IMG/VR virus record: IMGVR_UViG_3300040801_004840
Coordinates: 1 to 37,442 of that record
Origin: a virus
Length of the DNA: 37,442 bases
Strand: one strand, 5' to 3'
A program made the position numbers and the translations under genes. The notes under the pieces were generated by a model that saw nothing but the letters and a program-made list of their open reading frames with translations, did not search any database and had not been told where the DNA came from. Positions 16,878-23,774 of this stretch are shown here, piece after piece; the stretch's first letter is position 1, and each line of letters starts with the position of its first letter.

Positions 16878-17693
16878 TCAAAAATCTTCAAAATAAACAG
16901 GTTTCGTAATACAAAATTCCGAGTCTTTAAAAATGTAACTCTTTCCGTTGTAACACCCTTTTAAATTTAATGTAAAATGTACATCGCTAATCATCTCGAT
17001 CCTATCCCGCGGATCAGTGTTGATGACAAATATAGATATATTGTGACGAACGGCAAAGTCGCGAATCATTATAAGATGTTCGTACATTATTTCATCCGGG
17101 TCCTTGTCGTACGAATCGCCGTCACGCTTTCTGAGAGTTTGAAGCGGATCTATAATAATAAAAAGCCTTTTACCCTGCTTTGCAGCTCTTAATTTTAATT
17201 CAAGCGCCTGAAAAAAAAGATCTTCCATTATGCATACTGACGAACTACAGCCATTAATCAAAACATTGTCACAAAAACACTTATACTGCGATACACCAAT
17301 ATCTAATCGCTCCTCGTATGTAGGAGTTTTGTCACGTTGTATAAAACTGTCTATGTTATATCGTTCAAACCATTCGCGGCTTAACCTTAGTTCACTTATC
17401 TTAACGATTTCATCCGGCGTCAGCACTGACGACGAAATCCATACAAACATGTCGTTACCAGCCAACTGATCAGCTAACTGTGCCACAAATACTTCTTCAA
17501 CAAAACATTTAGGATCTACTGTTAAAACGATTAATGTGCCGACACAAGGAACCCCCCCATTAAGAGCACGATCAAGCGACGGGAACCCGGTAGAAATTCG
17601 TTCATTCTTGGGGTCATAAAGCTTTTTCACAAGCTCCTCGGCTTTTTTACTCACAGTCTCTTTATCATCCAATCTGTTTTTTTTATCATCCAT
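16878..17693 (-). CDS. DnaB C-terminal/RecA-fold protein with a non-canonical P-loop
   Basis: ISTGFPSLDRALNGGVPCVGTLIVL matches the DnaB pre-Walker-A segment, but GxxGKT is replaced by TVDPKC. The Walker-B-like LFIIIDPLQTL is present. No N-terminal DnaB domain. Confidence 0.55.
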   Translation of the reverse strand: MDDKKNRLDDKETVSKKAEELVKKLYDPKNERISTGFPSLDRALNGGVPCVGTLIVLTVDPKCFVEEVFVAQLADQLAGNDMFVWISSSVLTPDEIVKISELRLSREWFERYNIDSFIQRDKTPTYEERLDIGVSQYKCFCDNVLINGCSSSVCIMEDLFFQALELKLRAAKQGKRLFIIIDPLQTLRKRDGDSYDKDPDEIMYEHLIMIRDFAVRHNISIFVINTDPRDRIEMISDVHFTLNLKGCYNGKSYIFKDSEFCITKPVYFEDF

Positions 17694-18036
17694 TTCTCAC
17701 TACTTCCGTTATTAATGCTGTTGTTTTATTTTTCACGTCATACACTGTATATCTTGATTCATCGGGCAACGAACACTGTTTCTCTATGATATAATCGGCA
17801 TATTTTTTTATGATAGAGTCGTACTTATCCTCAAAAGGAAAAGCAATGACGATGATAAAACCAAGAGAGATCGCGCCGGAAGAAAAAGTTTTAAGTGTAT
17901 TTTCTAAAATATGTATATCCACGTCTTTCATGGTACAAACTACATCAAAGTCAGAACATGCAATAGTGAGATCCTCGTAAAAATCAACAACAACCAAGCC
18001 GTTTACATCAATAATATCCAACGATAGTGTCATCAT
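17686..18036 (-). CDS. Hypothetical protein, short paralog of ORF 18407-18997
   Basis: 116 aa. It shares ..F.F..K......K.ADYI...Q.........V.DVKN....L with the 196-aa protein. Confidence 0.65.
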   Translation of the reverse strand: MMTLSLDIIDVNGLVVVDFYEDLTIACSDFDVVCTMKDVDIHILENTLKTFSSGAISLGFIIVIAFPFEDKYDSIIKKYADYIIEKQCSLPDESRYTVYDVKNKTTALITEVVRNG

Positions 18037-18096
18037 ATAGTATTGCTTTCTTTACCATCACATGAAGTCATTACGCCCTCCCGGTTTTCTGTCAAG

Positions 18097-18180
18097 TTCA
18101 CGCTATTCACGTTCAAGTTCACGACATTCACGTTCAATTTCACGATATTCACGTTCAATTTCACGATATTCACGTTCAAG
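18097..18180. repeat. Tandem repeat, 4 x 21 bp (TTCACGnnATTCACGTTCAAn)
   Basis: Units at 18097, 18118, 18139 and 18160. On the minus strand they encode the EREYREI heptads at the C-terminus of the RHH protein. Confidence 0.9.
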
Positions 18181-18420
18181 AGATTCCTCAAGAGCTTCCG
18201 CTTCGTCTTCCTCCATAAGAAAATCCGGGTCCTCTTCATACTCCGGCCTATCATCTTCATCCTCCGGCCGATCATCCTCAAAATAAGCCTGAAGAATAGC
18301 GGTTTCAATAAGACTCTGCAACGTCTCACCTTCCTCGAGCGCCATACGTTTTAACTCCTTCACACACTCGCCTTTCAGTATGAATTGTACTCTTCGATAT
18401 CCTTTTTTAATCTCTCTCAT
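18103..18420 (-). CDS. RHH-domain protein with a highly acidic repeat tail
   Basis: The N-terminus MREIKKGYRRVQFILKGECVKELKRMALEEGETLQSLIETAIL fits the RHH pattern and resembles the 57-aa RHH. The last 57 aa carry 31 D/E and 9 R. AAAGGAAAA SD. Confidence 0.65.
   Translation of the reverse strand: MREIKKGYRRVQFILKGECVKELKRMALEEGETLQSLIETAILQAYFEDDRPEDEDDRPEYEEDPDFLMEEDEAEALEESLEREYREIEREYREIERECRELERE
18241..18282. repeat. Degenerate tandem repeat, 2 x 21 bp (CTCCGGCCnATCATC..)
   Basis: Encodes EDDRPED / EDDRPEY in the same protein. Confidence 0.6.
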
Positions 18421-18997
18421 GGTTTTCCTTTTTTTGTTCTTGTTTGGCTCCTAATTTTTCAGCGTTAGCGTTCAGTTTTTTCACAAAAGCCTCTGCCGCC
18501 TCCGGATTTTCCTCGTGCATCCTTTTCATAGAGAAAGCGAGTGTCAAAACCGAGGGTAACTCCTCAAGGCTTACATCATCAAAGGGCGTAGATTCTTTCG
18601 GATACGCGCCCAACTGTAAACCGCCATTTTTAACATCATGAACTATAAACTCCAACCCTCCGGATGAAGTTTTTTGCCCATGCACAATATAATCGGCATG
18701 TTTTTCAACCTCACGCTCTTGTTTGCTGTCAAACGAGAAACCAATAACAGTCGTCTCACCCGTTTCAACGCATTTCGCGCGCCCTTTCCCAAAGGTTGCG
18801 ACAAGCTCATTGTCATCCATCTTGCCGAACAAAAAAACATCTTCAAAATTTAAGAATAAGGAAGCAGTCGCGTGCGTTAAGTTTATCGCGATAAGACTCC
18901 CCTTTCTAAAAAAGTCACAAAGAGGGACGCCCTTTTTCTCCTCTCCGAGAGTAATATATTCCTGTCCCTGAAAACGACTGATTTTATTTTTTTTCAT
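18407..18997 (-). CDS. Hypothetical protein, long paralog (first gene of the operon)
   Basis: 196 aa with an AAGGGGGA SD. Its core ADYIV..Q......FIVHDVKN is shared with ORF 17686-18036. Charged helical C-terminus. Confidence 0.65.
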   Translation of the reverse strand: MKKNKISRFQGQEYITLGEEKKGVPLCDFFRKGSLIAINLTHATASLFLNFEDVFLFGKMDDNELVATFGKGRAKCVETGETTVIGFSFDSKQEREVEKHADYIVHGQKTSSGGLEFIVHDVKNGGLQLGAYPKESTPFDDVSLEELPSVLTLAFSMKRMHEENPEAAEAFVKKLNANAEKLGAKQEQKKENHERD

Positions 18998-19043
18998 AGA
19001 TCCCCCTTGTATTAATCGATTAGACCGCTAACTTAGTAAGATA

Positions 19044-19072
19044 AGTATAACAAAAGTACGTAATTGCATCAA
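19044..19072 (-). promoter_or_regulatory. Sigma70-type promoter (extended -10)
   Basis: Minus strand reads TTGATG, 17-nt spacer, TGtTATACT. The palindrome TACGTA lies in the spacer. It is about 45 nt upstream of ATG 18997. Confidence 0.55.
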
Positions 19073-19088
19073 CTGTTTTATATAAATA

Positions 19089-19430
19089 TTAGCAGGGGAA
19101 TTCGTCAATAAACCTATTAGGGATAGTTTGGGGTTGCGACATATCACAGCCGGACAGATATGCTATTTCAGCTACGAAATTCCAATCAGGCTCAACGTTT
19201 CTCCTTTTCAGTGATAAACAACACTTGCGACAAAAATCTTCCATCTGAGTTGAATTTTGTAGCGATATTGAAGCATCGTCAAAAGCCAGAAGAATTATTT
19301 TTCCTACAAGGGTAAGATTGAGAGACTTGATTTGATTGATACAGCGCGGAAATCTGAGCCATTTAGCGTTATTTTTAGCTTGGGCCATATAAGCAGATTC
19401 CCGTATGATCTCTTTTTGCTTCAGCGTCAT
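19089..19430 (-). CDS. Hypothetical Cys-rich protein
   Basis: 113 aa. Its start overlaps the stop of the replication gene. Contains FCRKCC plus three other Cys. Confidence 0.6.
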   Translation of the reverse strand: MTLKQKEIIRESAYMAQAKNNAKWLRFPRCINQIKSLNLTLVGKIILLAFDDASISLQNSTQMEDFCRKCCLSLKRRNVEPDWNFVAEIAYLSGCDMSQPQTIPNRFIDEFPC

Positions 19431-20977
19431 AGTTCTGCGTGCTTCCTGTCTTCGTGTGAAAGTTTTGAGGCCTCTTCATGCTTCTTTTTAGCTAAAGCGT
19501 CCTTCTTTTCCTGCTCTGAAAGCGGCACAAGCTCCAGAAACGTAACAAATTGTCTGATCCTCTTGGTATATTCAGCCAAACTTATGGATTCGGCGGGGGG
19601 CTGGGGGGTTCGTTTCTTACATGGCATTGAAGAAAGAGCTTGAGAATCTGTAAGTACCTTACAAACTTTGCTTTGTGTATCAACCCTAGGACCTGTGTAA
19701 TAGACACTGTACGGGTTTGAACGTAATCGTTGTATGCGTTCTTTCTCCAACCGAAGAGCCTCATCAGACACGTCGCTCTTGCGAACTTCCCTAGCTTGAG
19801 CTCTTTCCCGTTTTAGGGATTCTCTGTAATTCTCTCCGATATAGGCGGTTTGCTGTTGTAAGTGTACGGCTTGAGCATACGTAAGCTTGGTTATCGAACT
19901 GTCAACACTATAACCCGATATAAGCATACCCGTAATAAACGGCTCTATCTTAATCCCGTGTTTCTCTCGAGCGTTGTTCAAAATCCCCTGAATATACTTA
20001 ACCCTATTCCGTATCGGGCTTTTGTTTCTACAAGCAGCATAAACGTAAGCCTCAAAACATTCGCGAAGAACCTCTTCCGGATAGTAAACCAACCGGACAG
20101 CCTGAGCAGGTGTCATAGCCATCTGATGGACCAAGTACCTACCGTGATCACTCAAAAACCAATAGTCTCTCTTACTGTCCAAGATTTTATGACCGGCGTT
20201 AGCCCGATTCGGACTCCCGTCACCCAACAAAGTTTTACGCTGTTGTAAACCGACACCATTTTCACACCGTAGTAACTTCCCTACGTTAGGAGATAATAAA
20301 TTATCTTCCTTATTATTAAATATTAGATTGCACTTATCCACTGGAGCACTTTTTGGAGACCCAAAAAATGAATTTTTATATTTTTCTACATTACTATTGG
20401 TGTTATTCTCATGCCTTTTTTCCATTACTAACTTCTCAGATGGTAATTTAAACTCGGTAGCCTTAACAGACTTATTTAACCCCAAACCGGAAAGTAATAA
20501 AGCTAAACACAAGGCGGACCGTAACCCCGGAAGATAGCGGGCCAATTTCTCTACATATTCTTCACCAAAGATATACTTGGGGACAAAATAAACATTCGAC
20601 AGGTTAAATCTGTGTTTCACTCGTATAATACCCAATTCCTTAGCCAAGGCTATAGCTTTAGCTACCGTACGGACAGAACACTTTGCAAGCTTCGCTATAG
20701 TTCTATGTGATGGGGTTGCCATCGGGAACCGTCTCGTATAATCAAATACAACGTTTATACTTGCAAGCATATACGGTGGAAAATGCTCCTCAAATATCTC
20801 CTGTAATTCTTCAGGCGTATATACCGGGAGGTTCTCGGAACCCTTATTATCAGCATTAAAAGAGTTGTTGGGGTCGTTGAGACGAGAAGGTTTTAATTGC
20901 CTATTAGCAGAAGTTTTATTACCTTCATTTAAATTAGTTTTAAATTTTTCTTGCAAGTTATTTTCATTGTGGTACAT
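19427..20977 (-). CDS. Replication initiator/replisome organiser (wHTH plus DnaD-like C-terminal motif)
   Basis: 516 aa. HTH-like TIAKLAKCSVRTVAKAIALAKELGIIRV. The later segment ..NRVKYIQGILNNAREKHGI resembles the DnaD/DnaB_2 signature. N/K-rich low-complexity N-terminus. Confidence 0.5.
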   Translation of the reverse strand: MYHNENNLQEKFKTNLNEGNKTSANRQLKPSRLNDPNNSFNADNKGSENLPVYTPEELQEIFEEHFPPYMLASINVVFDYTRRFPMATPSHRTIAKLAKCSVRTVAKAIALAKELGIIRVKHRFNLSNVYFVPKYIFGEEYVEKLARYLPGLRSALCLALLLSGLGLNKSVKATEFKLPSEKLVMEKRHENNTNSNVEKYKNSFFGSPKSAPVDKCNLIFNNKEDNLLSPNVGKLLRCENGVGLQQRKTLLGDGSPNRANAGHKILDSKRDYWFLSDHGRYLVHQMAMTPAQAVRLVYYPEEVLRECFEAYVYAACRNKSPIRNRVKYIQGILNNAREKHGIKIEPFITGMLISGYSVDSSITKLTYAQAVHLQQQTAYIGENYRESLKRERAQAREVRKSDVSDEALRLEKERIQRLRSNPYSVYYTGPRVDTQSKVCKVLTDSQALSSMPCKKRTPQPPAESISLAEYTKRIRQFVTFLELVPLSEQEKKDALAKKKHEEASKLSHEDRKHAEL

Positions 20978-21006
20978 TAAAGACTCCTTGAAATGTTGTT
21001 GTGCAT
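20977..21006 (-). CDS. 9-codon upstream ORF coupled to the replication gene
   Basis: Hand translation MHNNISRSL. It has its own AAGGAG SD, and its TAA overlaps the rep ATG as TAATG. Confidence 0.3.
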   Translation of the reverse strand: MHNNISRSL

Positions 21007-21137
21007 TTTAAGACTCCTTGATAGGATTGAAATTTTCTTAAGTTTCATTTCTATCTTCATTCCTTTCGGTTTTTGATGTGGTTGGTGTATTTTTTTTTAT
21101 TAAATTTCTTATAGACTGCTCAAAAAACGAAGGATTG

Positions 21138-21177
21138 TAAATAAAATTCTTACTCTTGTCCGGTAAACAACAAGAGT
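21138..21177 (-). terminator. Weak terminator-like hairpin after the C5-MTase gene
   Basis: ACTCTTGT (21152-59) pairs with ACAAGAGT (21170-77). The minus strand continues AAGAATTTTATTTAC. Confidence 0.35.
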
Positions 21178-21186
21178 GAAGAGAAT

Positions 21187-21231
21187 GCGCGCGGATTTTC
21201 CCTTTCGGTTTTTGTGGTTTGGTCCGCGCGC
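21187..21231 (-). promoter_or_regulatory. GC-rich large-loop hairpin overlapping the MTase stop codon
   Basis: GCGCGCGGA (21187-95) pairs with TCCGCGCGC (21223-31), with a 27-nt loop. The loop carries one copy of the repeat CCTTTCGGTTTTTG; the other copy is at about 21063. Confidence 0.4.
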
Positions 21232-22070
21232 TACGTATTTAAATACCCGATTATACTTTCGCCTATAGCTGCTACCGTGTTAACCGCAACGCTATTACCC
21301 AACTGTTTAAAAGCTTTTGATTCAGATGGCAGTATAAAATCATCAGGATACCCCATAAGCTTTTTGGCTTGGTCTACAGTTAGCCGTATTATTTTCCCAT
21401 CCACATTATAACTATCCCAATTGAAACGTGAATTATATCCGGACCCGCGGCCGCTCACGCGCAATGTATATCCTATTTTTCTTTCACATACGCCGCCCAA
21501 AATATCAGAAAGGCTAAGCAATGGCGTGTCAGTTTCAGGAAACTTAAACACATTATCTCTGTTTTTGTATCCGACAATATATAAGCGGGGCCTAAAAGTC
21601 GGCAAGCGGTACGGAATACCAACGTCACATGCACGAATAACCTTATAAAAACAGCTATAGCCTATGTTTTCGATAGATTTTTTGATTGTGTCAAGTGTAG
21701 CACCGCCGTCATGATTCAATAGCCCCGCTACGTTCTCGAAGAGATACGCGGCCGGCCGTTTTACCTTGAGAATATCAACAAGAGAATAAAAAAGAGTCCC
21801 GCGTTTATCCTGTAGCCCTTTCCTTTCTCCGATAATACTAAACGGTTGGCAGGGAAAGCCCGCCGTAAGTATATCAAAGTCGGGTATGTCGCAAGGGTTT
21901 ACCGCCTGTATATCGTGATCAAAGCCATGGATATCCGGAAAATTATTTTTATATGTTGCACGGGCGTCCTTGTCAATCTCACATGCCCATATGGTTTTGG
22001 CGCCCAACCCATTAAAAGCGAGAGAAAACCCGCCTATTCCACAAAACGCATCGGCTATTGTCATAAACAT
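21231..22070 (-). CDS. DNA (cytosine-5) methyltransferase, short TRD
   Basis: FCGIGGFSLAF (motif I), GFPCQPFS (IV), ENV (VI), RPRLYIVG (VIII-like), RLTVDQAKKLMGYPDDF (IX), GNSVAV (X). First gene of the early block. Confidence 0.85.
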   Translation of the reverse strand: MFMTIADAFCGIGGFSLAFNGLGAKTIWACEIDKDARATYKNNFPDIHGFDHDIQAVNPCDIPDFDILTAGFPCQPFSIIGERKGLQDKRGTLFYSLVDILKVKRPAAYLFENVAGLLNHDGGATLDTIKKSIENIGYSCFYKVIRACDVGIPYRLPTFRPRLYIVGYKNRDNVFKFPETDTPLLSLSDILGGVCERKIGYTLRVSGRGSGYNSRFNWDSYNVDGKIIRLTVDQAKKLMGYPDDFILPSESKAFKQLGNSVAVNTVAAIGESIIGYLNT

Positions 22071-22246
22071 CCTTTCACTTTATTTCTCCTTCCCTAACCG
22101 GTTTTTTATGTTAAGCTTGTCTTATCCAACTACCGACCCAAATCGGTAAAAATGCAGAGAGGTCCCGATTTTTTAATACCTTTTTGGGGCCTCTTTTAAA
22201 ATAGGTAACATCATAAGCCCGCAAGGGTTAACCTCCCAAACCGGGC

Positions 22247-22275
22247 TTACTTAATACCCTTAAATAAGATATACT
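22247..22275 (+). promoter_or_regulatory. Candidate late promoter (-10 TATACT, poor -35)
   Basis: TATACT at 22270-22275. The inverted repeat TAAGCCCG-N20-CGGGCTTA (22214-22249) covers the -35 region. Confidence 0.2.
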
Positions 22276-22316
22276 GTTTTTGTTGTATAGTTAGAGAGAT
22301 TCTATGCAACTCTGCG

Positions 22317-22339
22317 GAAGGGTCATAGCATGACCCTTC
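22317..22339 (+). terminator. Leader hairpin A
   Basis: GAAGGGTCA-TAGCA-TGACCCTTC, a 9-bp stem, followed by GTTTCTCT. Confidence 0.3.
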
Positions 22340-22361
22340 GTTTCTCTAATGACATGGCGAT

Positions 22362-22406
22362 GATCCGGGTTTGTTGTAGTAGCTGTCCCGGGTCTTCTCT
22401 TTTTTT
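22362..22406 (+). terminator. Leader hairpin B with a U-tract (intrinsic terminator upstream of the first late gene)
   Basis: GATCCGGG pairs with CCCGGGTC (8 bp including one G-U) around a 17-nt loop, followed by TTCTCTTTTTTT. No plus-strand CDS lies upstream. Confidence 0.5.
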
Positions 22407-22456
22407 AAAAAAACTATAGGCTAACTCCCGTATGCAGTTAAATAGGGAGGGTAGTT

Positions 22457-22936
22457 ATGAAACCTTATAGTATTATATGTATACCACTCTGTATAAACGC
22501 AATGGATAACACTTATATAGCGACAAAAGCGGTTAACCTTTCCTATGGCAATAATCCTTATCTTGAAAAGATTCTCGTTAAAAGACTCAACGAACCTGAC
22601 CATAGACCACACATTCCACCACTCCTTTGTAAAATAAACTGCTCAAACGAACGTAATCAACTCAGAAACGAACTTGCCCAACAAACAAGAGAATCACAAG
22701 GGTATGCTATAAAACTTTTGTCTGAATGTAATCCTGAATCTCTCACACTGTCGGAACGTAACCGTGTGGTCATCCTTTGGCTTATGAACTCTTTACTTGA
22801 AGAGAAACTCAAAGATAGGGAACAGTTGGAAAGCGCTAACAGGTGGAAAGTAATCAACGGAGTAGCCGCCATTGTTATACCTCTGTTTGTTGTTGTTATT
22901 CAGTATGTTCTTCAGAGGTATATGGGGCAAAAATGA
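22457..22936 (+). CDS. Tail-anchored membrane protein, function unknown
   Basis: 159 aa with a GGGAGGG SD and a single C-terminal TM (VAAIVIPLFVVVIQYVL). Confidence 0.65.
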   Translation: MKPYSIICIPLCINAMDNTYIATKAVNLSYGNNPYLEKILVKRLNEPDHRPHIPPLLCKINCSNERNQLRNELAQQTRESQGYAIKLLSECNPESLTLSERNRVVILWLMNSLLEEKLKDREQLESANRWKVINGVAAIVIPLFVVVIQYVLQRYMGQK

Positions 22937-22942
22937 GGGTGT

Positions 22943-23371
22943 ATGAAATCAATAAAGATAGTAATAGAAGGCGATCCTATAGCAAAGGCCCGTTGTAGAA
23001 TCAACCTGGAGAATAAACACTTTTACAACACACAGGTCCACGAGAAAGTAGCAACGCAGATATATATGCAGAAAGCTTTAGCGGAACATAAAATAACAGG
23101 GTTCTTTACGGGGCCCTGTTTTGCTGAGATGATCTTTTATATACCGATAGGGAAATATTCCAAGCATAAAGAGGGTGATTATTGTTTAACAAAGCCGGTT
23201 ATAGATAACCTATGCAGGTGGTTTTACAATTGCGGCAACGGTATTCTGTACCATAATGATAAAATAATAGTAATGGAATCAAGCAGGAAAATATATTCTC
23301 ACAATCCACGCACAATAATGATAATAAAGGAACTGGATGCTAAGAAAAAAAAGAAAGCTGACACCGTTTGA
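22943..23371 (+). CDS. rusA: RusA-like Holliday junction resolvase
   Basis: 142 aa. N-terminal IVIEGDPIAKARCR, then ..KPVIDNLCRWF...GNGILYHNDKIIV fits the RusA D-DN...DD pattern. Confidence 0.55.
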   Translation: MKSIKIVIEGDPIAKARCRINLENKHFYNTQVHEKVATQIYMQKALAEHKITGFFTGPCFAEMIFYIPIGKYSKHKEGDYCLTKPVIDNLCRWFYNCGNGILYHNDKIIVMESSRKIYSHNPRTIMIIKELDAKKKKKADTV

Positions 23372-23774
23372 GGAATTCAAGCTTAAAAGAGAACTGGGGA
23401 TGGGTAAAGAACTCACCAAGGACTATATTAAAGATCTGGGTGAACGTATTCTCTTCTTCGCTCATGAATCGGACGGGTCGGTACATATATCAAGACTCAT
23501 AGCAGATGAAGGCATATCACGGTTCATATTCTTTACGTGGCTTAAAAAATACCCCGATCTTAAAGAAGCGTACGAAGAAGCTAAAGAGATAATGGCGACC
23601 AAGGTTCTCCAAGGAGCTCTGACAAGAAAATATGACGGTCCGATAAGTAAGTGGTACATAAACTGTATATCGCAAGAGTTCAGACAGGCTACAAAAGAGC
23701 TATCGCATGACGAAGAAGAAAAGAAACACACGGTAATTATCAAAGAGATACGGGCGGAAGATGCTCACGACTGA
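23337..23774 (+). CDS. terS: Terminase small subunit (putative)
   Basis: 145 aa, immediately upstream of TerL and overlapping it. The segment ISRFIFFTWLKKYPDLKEAYEEAKEIMATKV is typical of HTH-type TerS proteins. Confidence 0.55.
   Translation: MLRKKRKLTPFEEFKLKRELGMGKELTKDYIKDLGERILFFAHESDGSVHISRLIADEGISRFIFFTWLKKYPDLKEAYEEAKEIMATKVLQGALTRKYDGPISKWYINCISQEFRQATKELSHDEEEKKHTVIIKEIRAEDAHD

Noticed and set aside
18033-18354. Three alternative-frame ORFs (98, 103 and 74 aa) with striking repeats such as NVNIVKL and SRYSRSI
   Set aside because: They are artefacts of the 21-bp tandem repeat keeping every frame open. Only the frame with an RHH N-terminus and an SD is credible.
23345-23352. A8 tract in the RusA/TerS overlap as a programmed frameshift site
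   Set aside because: Moving from the RusA frame to the TerS frame needs +1 (or -2), not the usual -1. TerS has its own SD and ATG, and no downstream structure was seen.
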